Shown: positions 10,426 to 19,797 of the stretch, piece after piece
Position numbering within the stretch: the stretch's first letter is position 1
Layout: every line of letters begins with the position of its first letter
Virus record (IMG/VR): IMGVR_UViG_3300045988_179014
Location: 128,001-192,000 of that record
Strand: one strand, 5' to 3'
DNA: 64,000 nucleotides
DNA from: a virus
The notes under the pieces: generated by a model
Database searches by the model: none
The model's input: only the letters and a program-made list of their open reading frames with translations
Told to the model about the DNA's origin: nothing
Program-made: the position numbers and the translations under genes

Positions 10426-11571
10426 TCAGGACTCCACCTCAACTGCTGTTTCATCATCCTCAATTCCATACAGGTTTTTGGCTAAGTGCTTTTTAACCGC
10501 TTCTGTCAAACGGTTTATTAATGTCGCATCCTGTTTCAATGAATCTAGAGCTTCCGCTTTGCTCTTTCCAATAACTTGCCCTGTTTCTGCTTCAATATAT
10601 GTGCGATTGTTGGGTTTGGTGATTACTCCATATTCGACACCAACCTCCATCATTTCAGCTGGGACATTTATACCTTGATTAAAGGTCAAAACGGAAACGC
10701 CGGTGCCATATGGTGGCGCAATTTTGTTTTTTACGATTTTGAATTTAATTTCATTCCCAATAACATCTTTTTTGTCATTGGGGTTATCTCCTTTGACTGG
10801 AGCGCCTTTTTTGATTTCAATGCGCTGTGAGGCGTAAAAACGTAACGCCTTCCCACCAGGAGTTGTTTGTGGAATACCAACAGGAGAGAAACCACCAATT
10901 TTATCGCGAGTTTGGTTCAGGAAAATGATAGTTGTGTTGTTTCTATTAGCCGCTCCAACTAATTTTCGTAATGCTTTGGACATGAGTCGTGCTGCTAATG
11001 CCACTGTAACGTCACTAGCATCTCCATCCAATTCAGCTTGGGGCACTAATGCTGCCACTGAATCCAAGACAATAATGTCTACGACTCCGGATTCAGTCAA
11101 ATCTTGGAGTAAATCTAATGTTTGTTCTGCTGAGTTGGGTTGAGCTACTGCTAAGTCTTTAACTTTAACCCCTAATTTAGCAGCATAGCGAGGGTCTAAC
11201 GCATGTTCAACATCAAGGAATACTGCGGTCCCTCCTGCTTGTTGCACATTTCCTACAGCGGTCAGTGCAATGGACGTTTTACCAGAGGATTCTGGACCAT
11301 AAATCTCAATCACACGACCTTTGGCTAATCCTCCTCCAAGAATCTGGTCCAGTACCATGGAACCACTGGAGATAGTCTCTACTTCTAATGGTTGGTCTCC
11401 CAATTTCCTTAGTATATCTTGCGACCCATCCCCAGTTTGGTATTTTTTATCTCTATTCACGTTGTCAATGGTGGCTTGAAATTGCTTAAATCGTTCAGCA
11501 TTGATAATAGCCATGTATATGTTCTCGCTTCCTAATTCTGGTGAGGGTCGGCGTCCTCCTAATTCTACCAA
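10426..11571 (-). CDS. recA: RecA recombinase (probable true start at ATG 11514, MAIINAERFKQF)
   Basis: GRVIEIYGPESSGKTSIALTAV...AVFLDVEHALDP, canonical RecA core. AGGAAG SD upstream of the ATG at 11514. Confidence 0.9.
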   Translation of the reverse strand: MVELGGRRPSPELGSENIYMAIINAERFKQFQATIDNVNRDKKYQTGDGSQDILRKLGDQPLEVETISSGSMVLDQILGGGLAKGRVIEIYGPESSGKTSIALTAVGNVQQAGGTAVFLDVEHALDPRYAAKLGVKVKDLAVAQPNSAEQTLDLLQDLTESGVVDIIVLDSVAALVPQAELDGDASDVTVALAARLMSKALRKLVGAANRNNTTIIFLNQTRDKIGGFSPVGIPQTTPGGKALRFYASQRIEIKKGAPVKGDNPNDKKDVIGNEIKFKIVKNKIAPPYGTGVSVLTFNQGINVPAEMMEVGVEYGVITKPNNRTYIEAETGQVIGKSKAEALDSLKQDATLINRLTEAVKKHLAKNLYGIEDDETAVEVES

Positions 11572-11624
11572 TCCATATCCATTAGCGTCTTATTCTTTTA
11601 GCACTGCTATCAAGATACCGAGAA

Positions 11625-11755
11625 GCGTTTTGAGCTTGATTTTTGTGTTTCCTGATGCATGTATCGCAAACAAGGTTTTCTCCCGAAACCTCTTGAAAAT
11701 GCGAAAACTACCCCTGAATAAGTTAGGTAAGACCGGGCTTATTCAGGGGTAGTTA
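11625..11755. promoter_or_regulatory. Copy 1 of dispersed intergenic element (conserved box + 12-bp hairpin CCCCTGAATAAG/CTTATTCAGGGG with T-run in gene orientation)
   Basis: Shares GTTTCCTGATGCA(A/T)GTATC(A/G)CAAACAAG...CTTGAAAA...CCCCTGAATAAG with copies at about 28.7 kb and 49.7 kb. In minus orientation the hairpin is followed by TAGTTTTCGCATTTTC. Confidence 0.55.
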
Positions 11756-11765
11756 TAGATGGATT

Positions 11766-13361
11766 TTAACTTAGTCGGCTGTCATCAGAGATGTTGATGA
11801 CATTACATATTTTGTGTAGCGAATCAGGTACCGATGAAAAACCGCCTTCTGTTGTCACGAGAATAACCGAATAATATGTACTGCACAGTAGCTCTTGTTC
11901 AACCCGCTGCCAATCCGTGTATCCGTCGGTTCCCAGTATAACAATATTAGGCCGTTTCTTGCGGGGAATCGAGTTGGCGTACTTAAAAGCTACGCTCATA
12001 TCAGTCCCCCCGCCCCCATACAAATCAATTTCACGAACTGATTTCAGGGGAGCAATATTCTTGATTTCCGTGTCAACCGAAAAAACCGTCAACCCACCTT
12101 TTTGCCGCGAACTATTTGAGACAATTGATTCTGCTTCAATCAGCACACTCTCATAATCAGACTTGGTCATGGAGCCAGACGTGTCAATTCCGATGTACAC
12201 CACCGGAGCATAAGACACTTGTCCGGGGAAAATTATCTTTCCAGTATAGCGACGATTAACTTTCCGGTACGAAGTTTCCGTCCTTCCAATTATAATATTA
12301 GAGTAAGCATTTGAAACTGCTCGTCTAAGCAACTCCTGCCACCGAACTTTGGGCGGTTCCATCAAGTTCAGCATAGCTTTTAGCAACTCTGTGGCCGTAC
12401 CGTAACCCTGTCCACCCGAGTTCAGCTCGTCCTTGATGCGCGCTGTTGTATTTCTTTGTGCGAGTGAACGTTCGGTATCAGTAATACGCTCGATGCCAGC
12501 TTCGTCAGCCGCATCCGAACGCGAAAGAGTGCTTTCATCACAGTGTCGTGAATTTTTGGATGATTTGTTACCTTGAGACATTCCTTTTTTGAAGTCATCC
12601 AGTACATCAGAATCGGATGAACTGCCATTGCCCGAGTTTGATTCATTAGACGGATTCTGCGAACCGGAGCCATTTTGGGAAGATGACTGGTCAGAATCGT
12701 TTTCAGAACCTTCTCCTGAAGAATCCTGACCCTGACCATCATTGGTATCTGAATCGTTTCTCTCAGTTCCTTGTTGGCCTTGGTTCTGGCCTGATTGTGA
12801 CTGACCAGATAAACCAGAGCTGTTTCCAGAATCATCACCATTCATGGACAAAGCATCTGCATAAAACTCCATAGTCTTAAATGGCGGCAGATTGAATTTT
12901 TTCGGCGTTAGAAGCATTGAGAAATCGCCCCGTTTTAGGGTTTCCAAGACAGTATTGATTTCCAAATCGCCTGCAACGTTCATCTGTTCAGGCCCAATGC
13001 CCAAACTCTCCGCACGCACAAAATGATTATTTAGCACATGCATACATTCATGCAACAGTACTATAGCTTGCATTTCTTTGTCGCACTGGTAAAGAAACCA
13101 GTACGAAAGTCCCACACGAGCATGAACGTCTGTGTATGCAGTTTTAGCGGTTGCATCCAAAAATGGGCGTAACACGGACAACGCATCACGAAACGATGGG
13201 AGAATGTCTTGAGCTTTCCAGAGCGCCCGAGAAAATATATTGCGCTCATCCGTTGTAAGCGCGCGAATTGGATGATTCTTCAAATCGTATTCCAACCGCT
13301 TCAGAATCTCCTTTTGTTCCGGGGTGAAGTTCTCAACCGTGTTATTGTTATTGTTCACCAC
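11766..13361 (-). CDS. Zincin-like (HExxH) + VWA-domain protein, MoxR partner (DUF2201-like architecture)
   Basis: LLHECMHVLNNHF (HExxH). Long acidic S/G/N/Q-rich linker. C-terminal VWA with MIDAS residues YIGIDTSGSMT ... GGGGT ... ILGTDGYTD. Confidence 0.75.
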   Translation of the reverse strand: MVNNNNNTVENFTPEQKEILKRLEYDLKNHPIRALTTDERNIFSRALWKAQDILPSFRDALSVLRPFLDATAKTAYTDVHARVGLSYWFLYQCDKEMQAIVLLHECMHVLNNHFVRAESLGIGPEQMNVAGDLEINTVLETLKRGDFSMLLTPKKFNLPPFKTMEFYADALSMNGDDSGNSSGLSGQSQSGQNQGQQGTERNDSDTNDGQGQDSSGEGSENDSDQSSSQNGSGSQNPSNESNSGNGSSSDSDVLDDFKKGMSQGNKSSKNSRHCDESTLSRSDAADEAGIERITDTERSLAQRNTTARIKDELNSGGQGYGTATELLKAMLNLMEPPKVRWQELLRRAVSNAYSNIIIGRTETSYRKVNRRYTGKIIFPGQVSYAPVVYIGIDTSGSMTKSDYESVLIEAESIVSNSSRQKGGLTVFSVDTEIKNIAPLKSVREIDLYGGGGTDMSVAFKYANSIPRKKRPNIVILGTDGYTDWQRVEQELLCSTYYSVILVTTEGGFSSVPDSLHKICNVINISDDSRLS

Positions 13362-13448
13362 GACATCCTTACTGTTAATCTTCCAATCCCGCCAATTCTA
13401 TCATGGAATCATCTCATACACCAAATTGAACGCATCGAGTTCACATGC

Positions 13449-13481
13449 GGAGTGAGGAAAATATAACACTCTCCTCACTCC
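13449..13481 (-). promoter_or_regulatory. Hairpin (10-bp stem GGAGTGAGGA/TCCTCACTCC) between ligase gene stop and VWA gene start
   Basis: Perfect inverted repeat. No clear T-run, so terminator versus regulatory stem is undecided. Confidence 0.3.
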
Positions 13482-13486
13482 AGCAC

Positions 13487-14512
13487 TCACAATCCATGCT
13501 TTAGTAAATATTTGTTGTTGATGATTTTAAAATTCCTATTAACATCAAGCCATTCTGGTAGTGTTGCTGTGGAATCATCTACCAAATGGAACACAATGCC
13601 TTCATCGAGCAGGCCATTGGTAATCTGTCCACGAAGCGTTGAGACTTTTTCAATCATCTCATCCAAATCCCCGGTTGGGGCCCATTCATCACCCAAAACA
13701 GGGACAGAGCACTTGTTGAAAACATCATCCCAATCAGCATGAGGAACTTTGACTGAATTCTCCCATATGGCAAACACGAATGGACGCAAATGCTCAAGCT
13801 TTAGCCGATTCCCATTAAATTTTGGTCCGGCCAGCTCAAATTGCACAGCCATACCAGGATATTGCTTAATGGCATCTACAAGACCAAATTGCTCAGCCAC
13901 TTGGAACCCTGCAACATCCTTTGACGTTTCCCAATTCCGACTGAAAATCCGGATATTTTCTCCATCGTTTAACAAGGTTTGAGAAGACCCATCTACCTTA
14001 ACTGTCGGGACCCATTTCATTTCTTTGATTAAGTCCCAATATTCCGAAAGAGTTTGCACCCGAATAGCATCCGTTTTCGGAGCCCATTTGGTATCAAACC
14101 GGCCAATGATGTTCCCATTCTGAGGTAGCTGTTCCTCCCATTTATAAACACCTACCATATCTGTCACATCTGTTCCAACGGGGAGAGAAGCATCCAATCC
14201 AAGTTCTTCCAGGGACATAAGCAAACCCTGAGAGACTACGCCCCTCAGTTTACGGGTACGCAGAACATGTCCTTTGACTGTTGTGCCATTGACTACAACA
14301 CTTTTCTGCTTATGAGTTTGAAACGATTCAAAATGTGGATTGGTTTCTGGTAGTAATGTATCCGTCTCAAAATACACAGCTTTCATGCCAGGCCGGAACG
14401 TGTTTTTACGAACAACCACCTTCCAACCCAACACATGTGCTGTCTCAATTTGGTCAGCATTGTCAATAGTCTCTATTGCTTTTACTGTCTGAATAGTTGC
14501 CAGCTTCCTCAT
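13487..14512 (-). CDS. ATP-dependent RNA ligase, DraRnl/Rnl5-like (N-terminal OB-like domain + nucleotidyltransferase)
   Basis: Motif I KVDGSS with the lysine at about residue 172 of 341, same size and layout as DraRnl. Downstream motifs IRIFSRN and FAIWENS. Confidence 0.65.
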   Translation of the reverse strand: MRKLATIQTVKAIETIDNADQIETAHVLGWKVVVRKNTFRPGMKAVYFETDTLLPETNPHFESFQTHKQKSVVVNGTTVKGHVLRTRKLRGVVSQGLLMSLEELGLDASLPVGTDVTDMVGVYKWEEQLPQNGNIIGRFDTKWAPKTDAIRVQTLSEYWDLIKEMKWVPTVKVDGSSQTLLNDGENIRIFSRNWETSKDVAGFQVAEQFGLVDAIKQYPGMAVQFELAGPKFNGNRLKLEHLRPFVFAIWENSVKVPHADWDDVFNKCSVPVLGDEWAPTGDLDEMIEKVSTLRGQITNGLLDEGIVFHLVDDSTATLPEWLDVNRNFKIINNKYLLKHGL

Positions 14513-14558
14513 TTTTTATCCTATCCTATAATCTAATGCTAATACAGTATAAACTATT

Positions 14559-15038
14559 TTATTCAATTACTACAATACCCAATCTGCTCAATGCTTCACA
14601 TAATCGTTCAATATGTGTAGAGTAACGCTCAATCAAACGAGCAGGGGGATTATTGGACAAATTGACTTTCATGTCTGCATATTTGACAGAAAGTGCTATT
14701 GTGCTATTTGAACGAATCAACCGGTCAATGTATGCAGAATAAGTTTCTTCGTTCTTCCGACTATCCATTAGCAACACATCAATCAGGTCAGGAAAATCCA
14801 GCCTGATTCTCTCCTCGTATTCTGGATGGTCTTCTATAACATCATGTAACCATGCTGCCGCTTCCACCAATGGCGAGTTTGACAACTTTCTTGCTTCATG
14901 AGCAGTCAAAGCCAGATGAGTCGTATATGGAAATTCTCCCCACTTGTCTTTTGCGTGTGCTTCTGAGGCCAACAAAATAGCCTTTTCAACCATGTCTTTT
15001 GAATCCATATTACCCCCTGTATATTCTTTGCTACACAA
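14559..15038 (-). CDS. HD-domain phosphohydrolase
   Basis: H...HD signature (THLALTAHEA ... WLHDVIEDHPE). Probable start at internal MDSKDMVEK. Confidence 0.7.
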   Translation of the reverse strand: MCSKEYTGGNMDSKDMVEKAILLASEAHAKDKWGEFPYTTHLALTAHEARKLSNSPLVEAAAWLHDVIEDHPEYEERIRLDFPDLIDVLLMDSRKNEETYSAYIDRLIRSNSTIALSVKYADMKVNLSNNPPARLIERYSTHIERLCEALSRLGIVVIE

Positions 15039-15108
15039 TAAGACAATTACTTGCTGATTGAAACAGGAATCATTAATTCATAATTCCTGTACATTCTCAA
15101 AACTGCTT

Positions 15109-15651
15109 TCATTGACTTATTTCTTCCATAGCTTGGTACAAAGCGACTTGTAGTCGGTTTTCTCGCTGCGGTTTGAAAACAGTCGGAATTTTAGGGTATG
15201 AAAAACCCACCTCTTCCGGGGTATGGTTACCCTTTCTCCCATTACAGGACAAACAGGCAACACAGAGGTTACCCCAAGTATTTAAACCACCTCGGGATTT
15301 CGGGATAATGTGGTCAATGGTATCACCATATTCATGACAATACTGGCAAGTCCAATTATCTCGAATCAAAATCATGTTTTTGGATACCGTGGTGTCCATA
15401 TTCACTTTTTTAATTCGACCACGAGGGACATAGCGATTTAGCCCGATAACTAGCGGACGGGCCATGGAAAAATGTTGGCTCCGTACCATGGAACCATCTG
15501 CACGGGGAATCAAAACATATGCATCATGGCTCAACACCATTGTGGTAGCTCGCATCCACGAAATAGTGTTCATCACAGTCATGGAGGTATCCACAACTGC
15601 AACACGATTTTCCCCGATTTCTTTTTCCAAGATACTTATATGTTCCATCAT
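15109..15651 (-). CDS. HNH endonuclease
   Basis: CQYCHEYGDTIDHIIPKSRGGLNTWGNLCVACLSCNGRKGN (HNH with Zn-binding Cys pairs). Confidence 0.8.
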   Translation of the reverse strand: MMEHISILEKEIGENRVAVVDTSMTVMNTISWMRATTMVLSHDAYVLIPRADGSMVRSQHFSMARPLVIGLNRYVPRGRIKKVNMDTTVSKNMILIRDNWTCQYCHEYGDTIDHIIPKSRGGLNTWGNLCVACLSCNGRKGNHTPEEVGFSYPKIPTVFKPQRENRLQVALYQAMEEISQ

Positions 15652-15718
15652 GGTCTCTTTCTGACTTGCTTTTCCCTTCTAGCGCGTCGCTTCTGTATCC
15701 TATCCAGTCATACTTATA

Positions 15719-17302
15719 CTACTTCTTTTGTGTTGCTCTCCACATCTCACGACTTGCATCCCGTCGTGAAATGTCTTCACCTTTCAGTCTAGCATCCAAG
15801 AACTGGAAAAGTAAACTCCTGTCCGCATCAAACGTAGCTACTCTCTTCGCAAATTCCCGTTTGACGCTATTGGCATCACTTTGCAAGTCTTTTTCAGGTA
15901 GTTCGTCTATTATCTTTTTAGCTTTAGCAACCGCGTGTGCTCTGGCGAGAACAGTATTCTGGTAGTATTCCAGCCGTTGTTTTGTGGTGTACTCAGCCCA
16001 ACTGCCTTTCTCCACATCGTCTGGGATGGTTGCTTTCAACTCGGGAATACTTAACACATCTCCGCTTTTAGCAATCCCCATCAAATCAGCATATGTAAGT
16101 TTGATGCCTTGAATAGTTTTTCGTGCCGCGTCTTTTGAAAACACAGTACGCATTTTATGCAGTTTCAAATAATCCTCTTGTTTGATTTTTACTTGCATCT
16201 GTTTCTTGGGGTCATCAGAAATAATACGAATCACCATACCTTCACGGTTTTCACGGTCAGGTAATTTCAACGCTTCATTCAATGTTTTTGCAGGTAGTGT
16301 TTCAGCGGTATTCAATCCTTTTGCTTTGCTCCAAATATTTGTATAATCCGATGTTGACTCGTACAAACCAGTATTCTTTTGTACTGCCCCAATCATGGAA
16401 ATGTCCACTTTATTGTATGAAAGCACAATTTGATTCTTGCCAGGACCTACACCTTCGAAAAGAAATGTTGTATCACTATGCTCTTGCAACAAGCGTTCTG
16501 CCGCGTTACGGAATTTTTCTTCCTGTTGCAGCATTTGAGTGAATTGAATAGCTTGTTCAGATTTGAAACTTCCTTTTGTCGCTACTGCTGGATTTCCTTT
16601 CGGGTCACGATACAGAATCAACATCGAACCATCCATTTTGTCTGTGACTTCAGCAGGAGCATCAAAATCCAATTTTGACAAATCAATACTTGGAATTTGT
16701 GGTGCTTCATCTTCATCATCACCCAACATCCAATGCGGCGTCATGTTCCCATCCGACCATCCTGATTCCATTTGACTCAATGTGAAAAACTTGGCCCATG
16801 GTCGTTGAAGGATGTAAGCATCACTGAAATCATCTTGACTACTACGAATCATGAGTCCACGAGCAGTCTTGGTGGCATCATTCCATTTGCCCTCCATTTG
16901 TGCTCGTTTTCCATAGCAAAGAACAATCATGTCGGAGTCATCAGGATGTTGACTGGTAAGAATGTATTCGTGGTCTACCATATCTTTGAGCAGTTCTACA
17001 TCCATGATTTCACTCAATGCAGGCCCCATGTCACTGCGACGATTGGTTCGTAAAGGACGCAACAAGGAACCTTTCATCATGGCTTCATAAGCTTGTCGCG
17101 CTTCACCATGACTGTCAAAATGGTCATCTGGAGCTAAACCAAAAGGACACCCACGAACCCCAGTACTGTGACATACCCCAGTGGCACCTGTTTCTGGATT
17201 GATGTGAATTTTGCCAACCATATGACGACTCCTAAATAACGAAGAAACTTCATGCATATTCTCTAATAATGAAGAACTATTGTTGAATAAATTGTATCCC
17301 AC
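15719..17302 (-). CDS. Rnl1-family RNA ligase with about 230-aa N-terminal extension carrying a CxxxxxxGCPxG motif (probable start ATG 17221, TAGGAGT SD)
   Basis: Motif I KMDGSM. FLFEGVG / GMVIRI (motifs III/IV). Motif V QVKIKQEDY (compare T4 Rnl1 HFKIKSDWY). N-terminus INPETGATGVCHSTGVRGCPFG. Confidence 0.7.
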   Translation of the reverse strand: MGYNLFNNSSSLLENMHEVSSLFRSRHMVGKIHINPETGATGVCHSTGVRGCPFGLAPDDHFDSHGEARQAYEAMMKGSLLRPLRTNRRSDMGPALSEIMDVELLKDMVDHEYILTSQHPDDSDMIVLCYGKRAQMEGKWNDATKTARGLMIRSSQDDFSDAYILQRPWAKFFTLSQMESGWSDGNMTPHWMLGDDEDEAPQIPSIDLSKLDFDAPAEVTDKMDGSMLILYRDPKGNPAVATKGSFKSEQAIQFTQMLQQEEKFRNAAERLLQEHSDTTFLFEGVGPGKNQIVLSYNKVDISMIGAVQKNTGLYESTSDYTNIWSKAKGLNTAETLPAKTLNEALKLPDRENREGMVIRIISDDPKKQMQVKIKQEDYLKLHKMRTVFSKDAARKTIQGIKLTYADLMGIAKSGDVLSIPELKATIPDDVEKGSWAEYTTKQRLEYYQNTVLARAHAVAKAKKIIDELPEKDLQSDANSVKREFAKRVATFDADRSLLFQFLDARLKGEDISRRDASREMWRATQKK

Positions 17303-17377
17303 TCATTCTGCAACTTGACACGGTCCAATAGACTCAGAATTGAATAGACAACATAAAACACTTCAGATAGAATAGGT

Positions 17378-18013
17378 TTGAATGATGATGCCATCTACCC
17401 AACATGGAGTGTTATGAGTTCATATTGTCATATGTTCCCGTTAGACGACATTTGGAAACAATGTCTGGCTAATCCAGTGTACTCAGAAACACAGCAGTGG
17501 CCAGATACCATGAAATCATTGATGGATGACCCAATTGACCGTCATATCATCAATGAACTTATGAGACAGTATCAGAAACAAGGCAAATTCCGTTATCCAA
17601 TTGTTTTAGCGCGGGACAATAATGAGCCTTACATGGTGGTTGATGGTACACATCGTGTAATAGCAGCAAAACTATTGGGATTGGAAACAATATGGGTGTC
17701 ATACGGTTTTGTTGAAACTGACAACAACACGTCTTTGGTTACCACTATTTGTTTTTCAGAAGACCAGTGGACCCAAAACCTGTTCGATGACTCCATAACA
17801 GATGTATTTCGCTCTGTTCCAGGTAATGATGAAATATGGTTTACAAGCTCAATGATGAATCCAGGAAACCCCTTCGCCATTTACTGGGATGCTGAAGAGG
17901 GCGAAACAAAAGACATACCTTTATTGCATAACTCTTTGCAGCAATTGATAACAAGATACATCAAACCAAACGTTACATATACGCTTCACACCACAGAAGA
18001 GCCTATTGATTGA
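17378..18013 (+). CDS. ParB/Srx-like nuclease-domain protein (only plus-strand gene)
   Basis: YPIVLARDNNEPYMVVDGTHRVIAAKLLGLETIWV, a ParB N-terminal domain DGxHR box. Probable TTG/ATG start ambiguity. Confidence 0.7.
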   Translation: MNDDAIYPTWSVMSSYCHMFPLDDIWKQCLANPVYSETQQWPDTMKSLMDDPIDRHIINELMRQYQKQGKFRYPIVLARDNNEPYMVVDGTHRVIAAKLLGLETIWVSYGFVETDNNTSLVTTICFSEDQWTQNLFDDSITDVFRSVPGNDEIWFTSSMMNPGNPFAIYWDAEEGETKDIPLLHNSLQQLITRYIKPNVTYTLHTTEEPID

Positions 18014-18187
18014 ATGGATACAGTATTCTAACAATTGTTTTATTCGGTTATAAACAAATACTCATTCTACATGATTTTATTTTCAAATGAGCCATAATCT
18101 AAATCGTATGTGTGAAGACACTCTGTTGGCATTTATGTTTTTGAGCTAATAAATAACGATTGGTGGATAAAATTCAATTGGAAAATG

Positions 18188-18220
18188 AATGAGGCCAGTG
18201 ATTATTCTACTGGCCTCATT
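18188..18220. terminator. Bidirectional hairpin terminator between convergent ParB-like (+) and BI-1-like (-) genes
   Basis: AATGAGGCCAG-TGATTATTCTA-CTGGCCTCATT (11-bp stem), T-rich on the 3' flank. Confidence 0.5.
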
Positions 18221-18245
18221 CGTGGTTTATTTCAAAATATAAACA

Positions 18246-18926
18246 TCAATTGCGGAGAATGCCCAGAATATTGAGCAAATTGACAAAAATGTTGTAAATG
18301 TTCAGGAAAAGATTCAATGCATAGAATGACGCTGGGATGTTATCATGAGGATTACGGTCACGCAACATTTGGATATCTATGAAAGTGTAAATAGCCATTA
18401 TCACCACAACAGCCATGGAAATAAGCAATGATATCAGTGTCAACTTGAAGAAGAGAACATTCAAAATACTGAGAACAATAATGCCAAGTAGAATGAAGAA
18501 CAGTTTTGGCATCCATCTGTTGAGGTTGACTTGACTTACCCAACCTAGTACAGCCATTCCGCCGAAAATAACCACTGTACCCATAGCAGCCATGGACACT
18601 ATGTTACCCATACCAGAGCTGAGATAGTAGTTCAGTGTAGGGTACAGTATTATTCCCAACAGAGCTGGTATAGCAATGGCGAAAACATTAGAAAACGTGG
18701 GATTCAATGTTCTGCGTGAAAAACTGGCCACAATCAATGCGATAAGAACTACAACATACAACGGCAACATTAAAGCAGGTGGCACCAATGGACCGATGAA
18801 GAGACTTCCAAACGCAGCAGCACTCATAGCAGCTGTAACCCAAACCATTACTTTCTGATAAAAGACACTATTATTGTTTACAGCAGGCTCTCCATAATTT
18901 AAATTACTATAGGAATATGTCATCAC
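18246..18926 (-). CDS. Bax-inhibitor-1/YccA-family-like polytopic membrane protein
   Basis: 226 aa with about 7 TM helices. N-terminal FYQKVMVWVTAAM resembles the BI-1 family N-region. Size is typical of the family. Confidence 0.45.
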   Translation of the reverse strand: MMTYSYSNLNYGEPAVNNNSVFYQKVMVWVTAAMSAAAFGSLFIGPLVPPALMLPLYVVVLIALIVASFSRRTLNPTFSNVFAIAIPALLGIILYPTLNYYLSSGMGNIVSMAAMGTVVIFGGMAVLGWVSQVNLNRWMPKLFFILLGIIVLSILNVLFFKLTLISLLISMAVVVIMAIYTFIDIQMLRDRNPHDNIPASFYALNLFLNIYNIFVNLLNILGILRN

Positions 18927-19065
18927 ATCTCCTTGTTAACTGTGTAGAGTGAAATATCATGTACATATGTGATTGGCGATTAAACAGAGCAACAAATGAT
19001 GCAACCAATCATACATATACTCTCTATTACTCATACAGTATCATGTAAAATACTACACGTGTTTG

Positions 19066-19797
19066 TCATCCGATTGAACGCATTGTGGGTATTGTGACCA
19101 TATCAGCAATTTCAAGCATGTCTATTGTGGTCATTACTCGCCCTACAATCAATGGCCAACGTTTACGGTCAGCTTTGATACCATGAAGTGATAGGATTTG
19201 TTGAGCAAACTGTCGTGCATCATAGCCTCGCACATGTTTCTCGTTTCCAATTGCTTCCCCAGTTGAGTAATCCACATAGGTTGTTTTTGTTTCAATAATG
19301 GGACCCAAGGATTGTGCTATACGCTCTAATACAGCAATACCACGACTGTTTTCTTCCAGTTCACACACCATTACCATATCCATGAGTGTGGTTTCAGCAG
19401 GGTCCTCCAACATGGCCACATTACGCAATTCAGCCAAAATTTCTGGAGTAAGCTGTCGCAACAGTCTTTTCCCTTCTCGGCGACGTTCAGCATGATAGCT
19501 ACGGTCAAATGATGATTCCACATACCACAGATGGTTTCCTGATACACGTGCTGTCACTGTTTTTTCAGGACAGTTGTCATCCACTAATTCCAGTTCATAC
19601 ATGGAATCAGGAATATGCTCCTCAAATGGTTGCGCTTTTACTGGTTGGCCATTCAATCCTCGAATAATGTCTCCAGGTTCCAAATCACCAATACGTTTAA
19701 GTGCCATTGTTGTGCCTTTCTTTGGTTCCGTCATCCAATGTATCCAAAAACTTGGCATATGCTTCATCTTCTCGACGCCATTGTTCTTCACGCTCAA
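19066..19797 (-). CDS. Hypothetical protein (probable start ATG 19707, overlapping upstream stop)
   Basis: The internal ATG (MALKRIGDLEPGD) overlaps the TAA of the upstream gene (AATGGCACTTAA), suggesting coupled translation. Confidence 0.5.
   Translation of the reverse strand: MSVKNNGVEKMKHMPSFWIHWMTEPKKGTTMALKRIGDLEPGDIIRGLNGQPVKAQPFEEHIPDSMYELELVDDNCPEKTVTARVSGNHLWYVESSFDRSYHAERRREGKRLLRQLTPEILAELRNVAMLEDPAETTLMDMVMVCELEENSRGIAVLERIAQSLGPIIETKTTYVDYSTGEAIGNEKHVRGYDARQFAQQILSLHGIKADRKRWPLIVGRVMTTIDMLEIADMVTIPTMRSIG

Noticed and set aside
12550-12860. Ser/Gly/Asn/Gln/Asp-rich repetitive DNA that could look like a tandem-repeat or CRISPR-like region
   Set aside because: It lies in frame inside the zincin-VWA gene and encodes a disordered acidic linker. 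There are no direct repeats with spacers.
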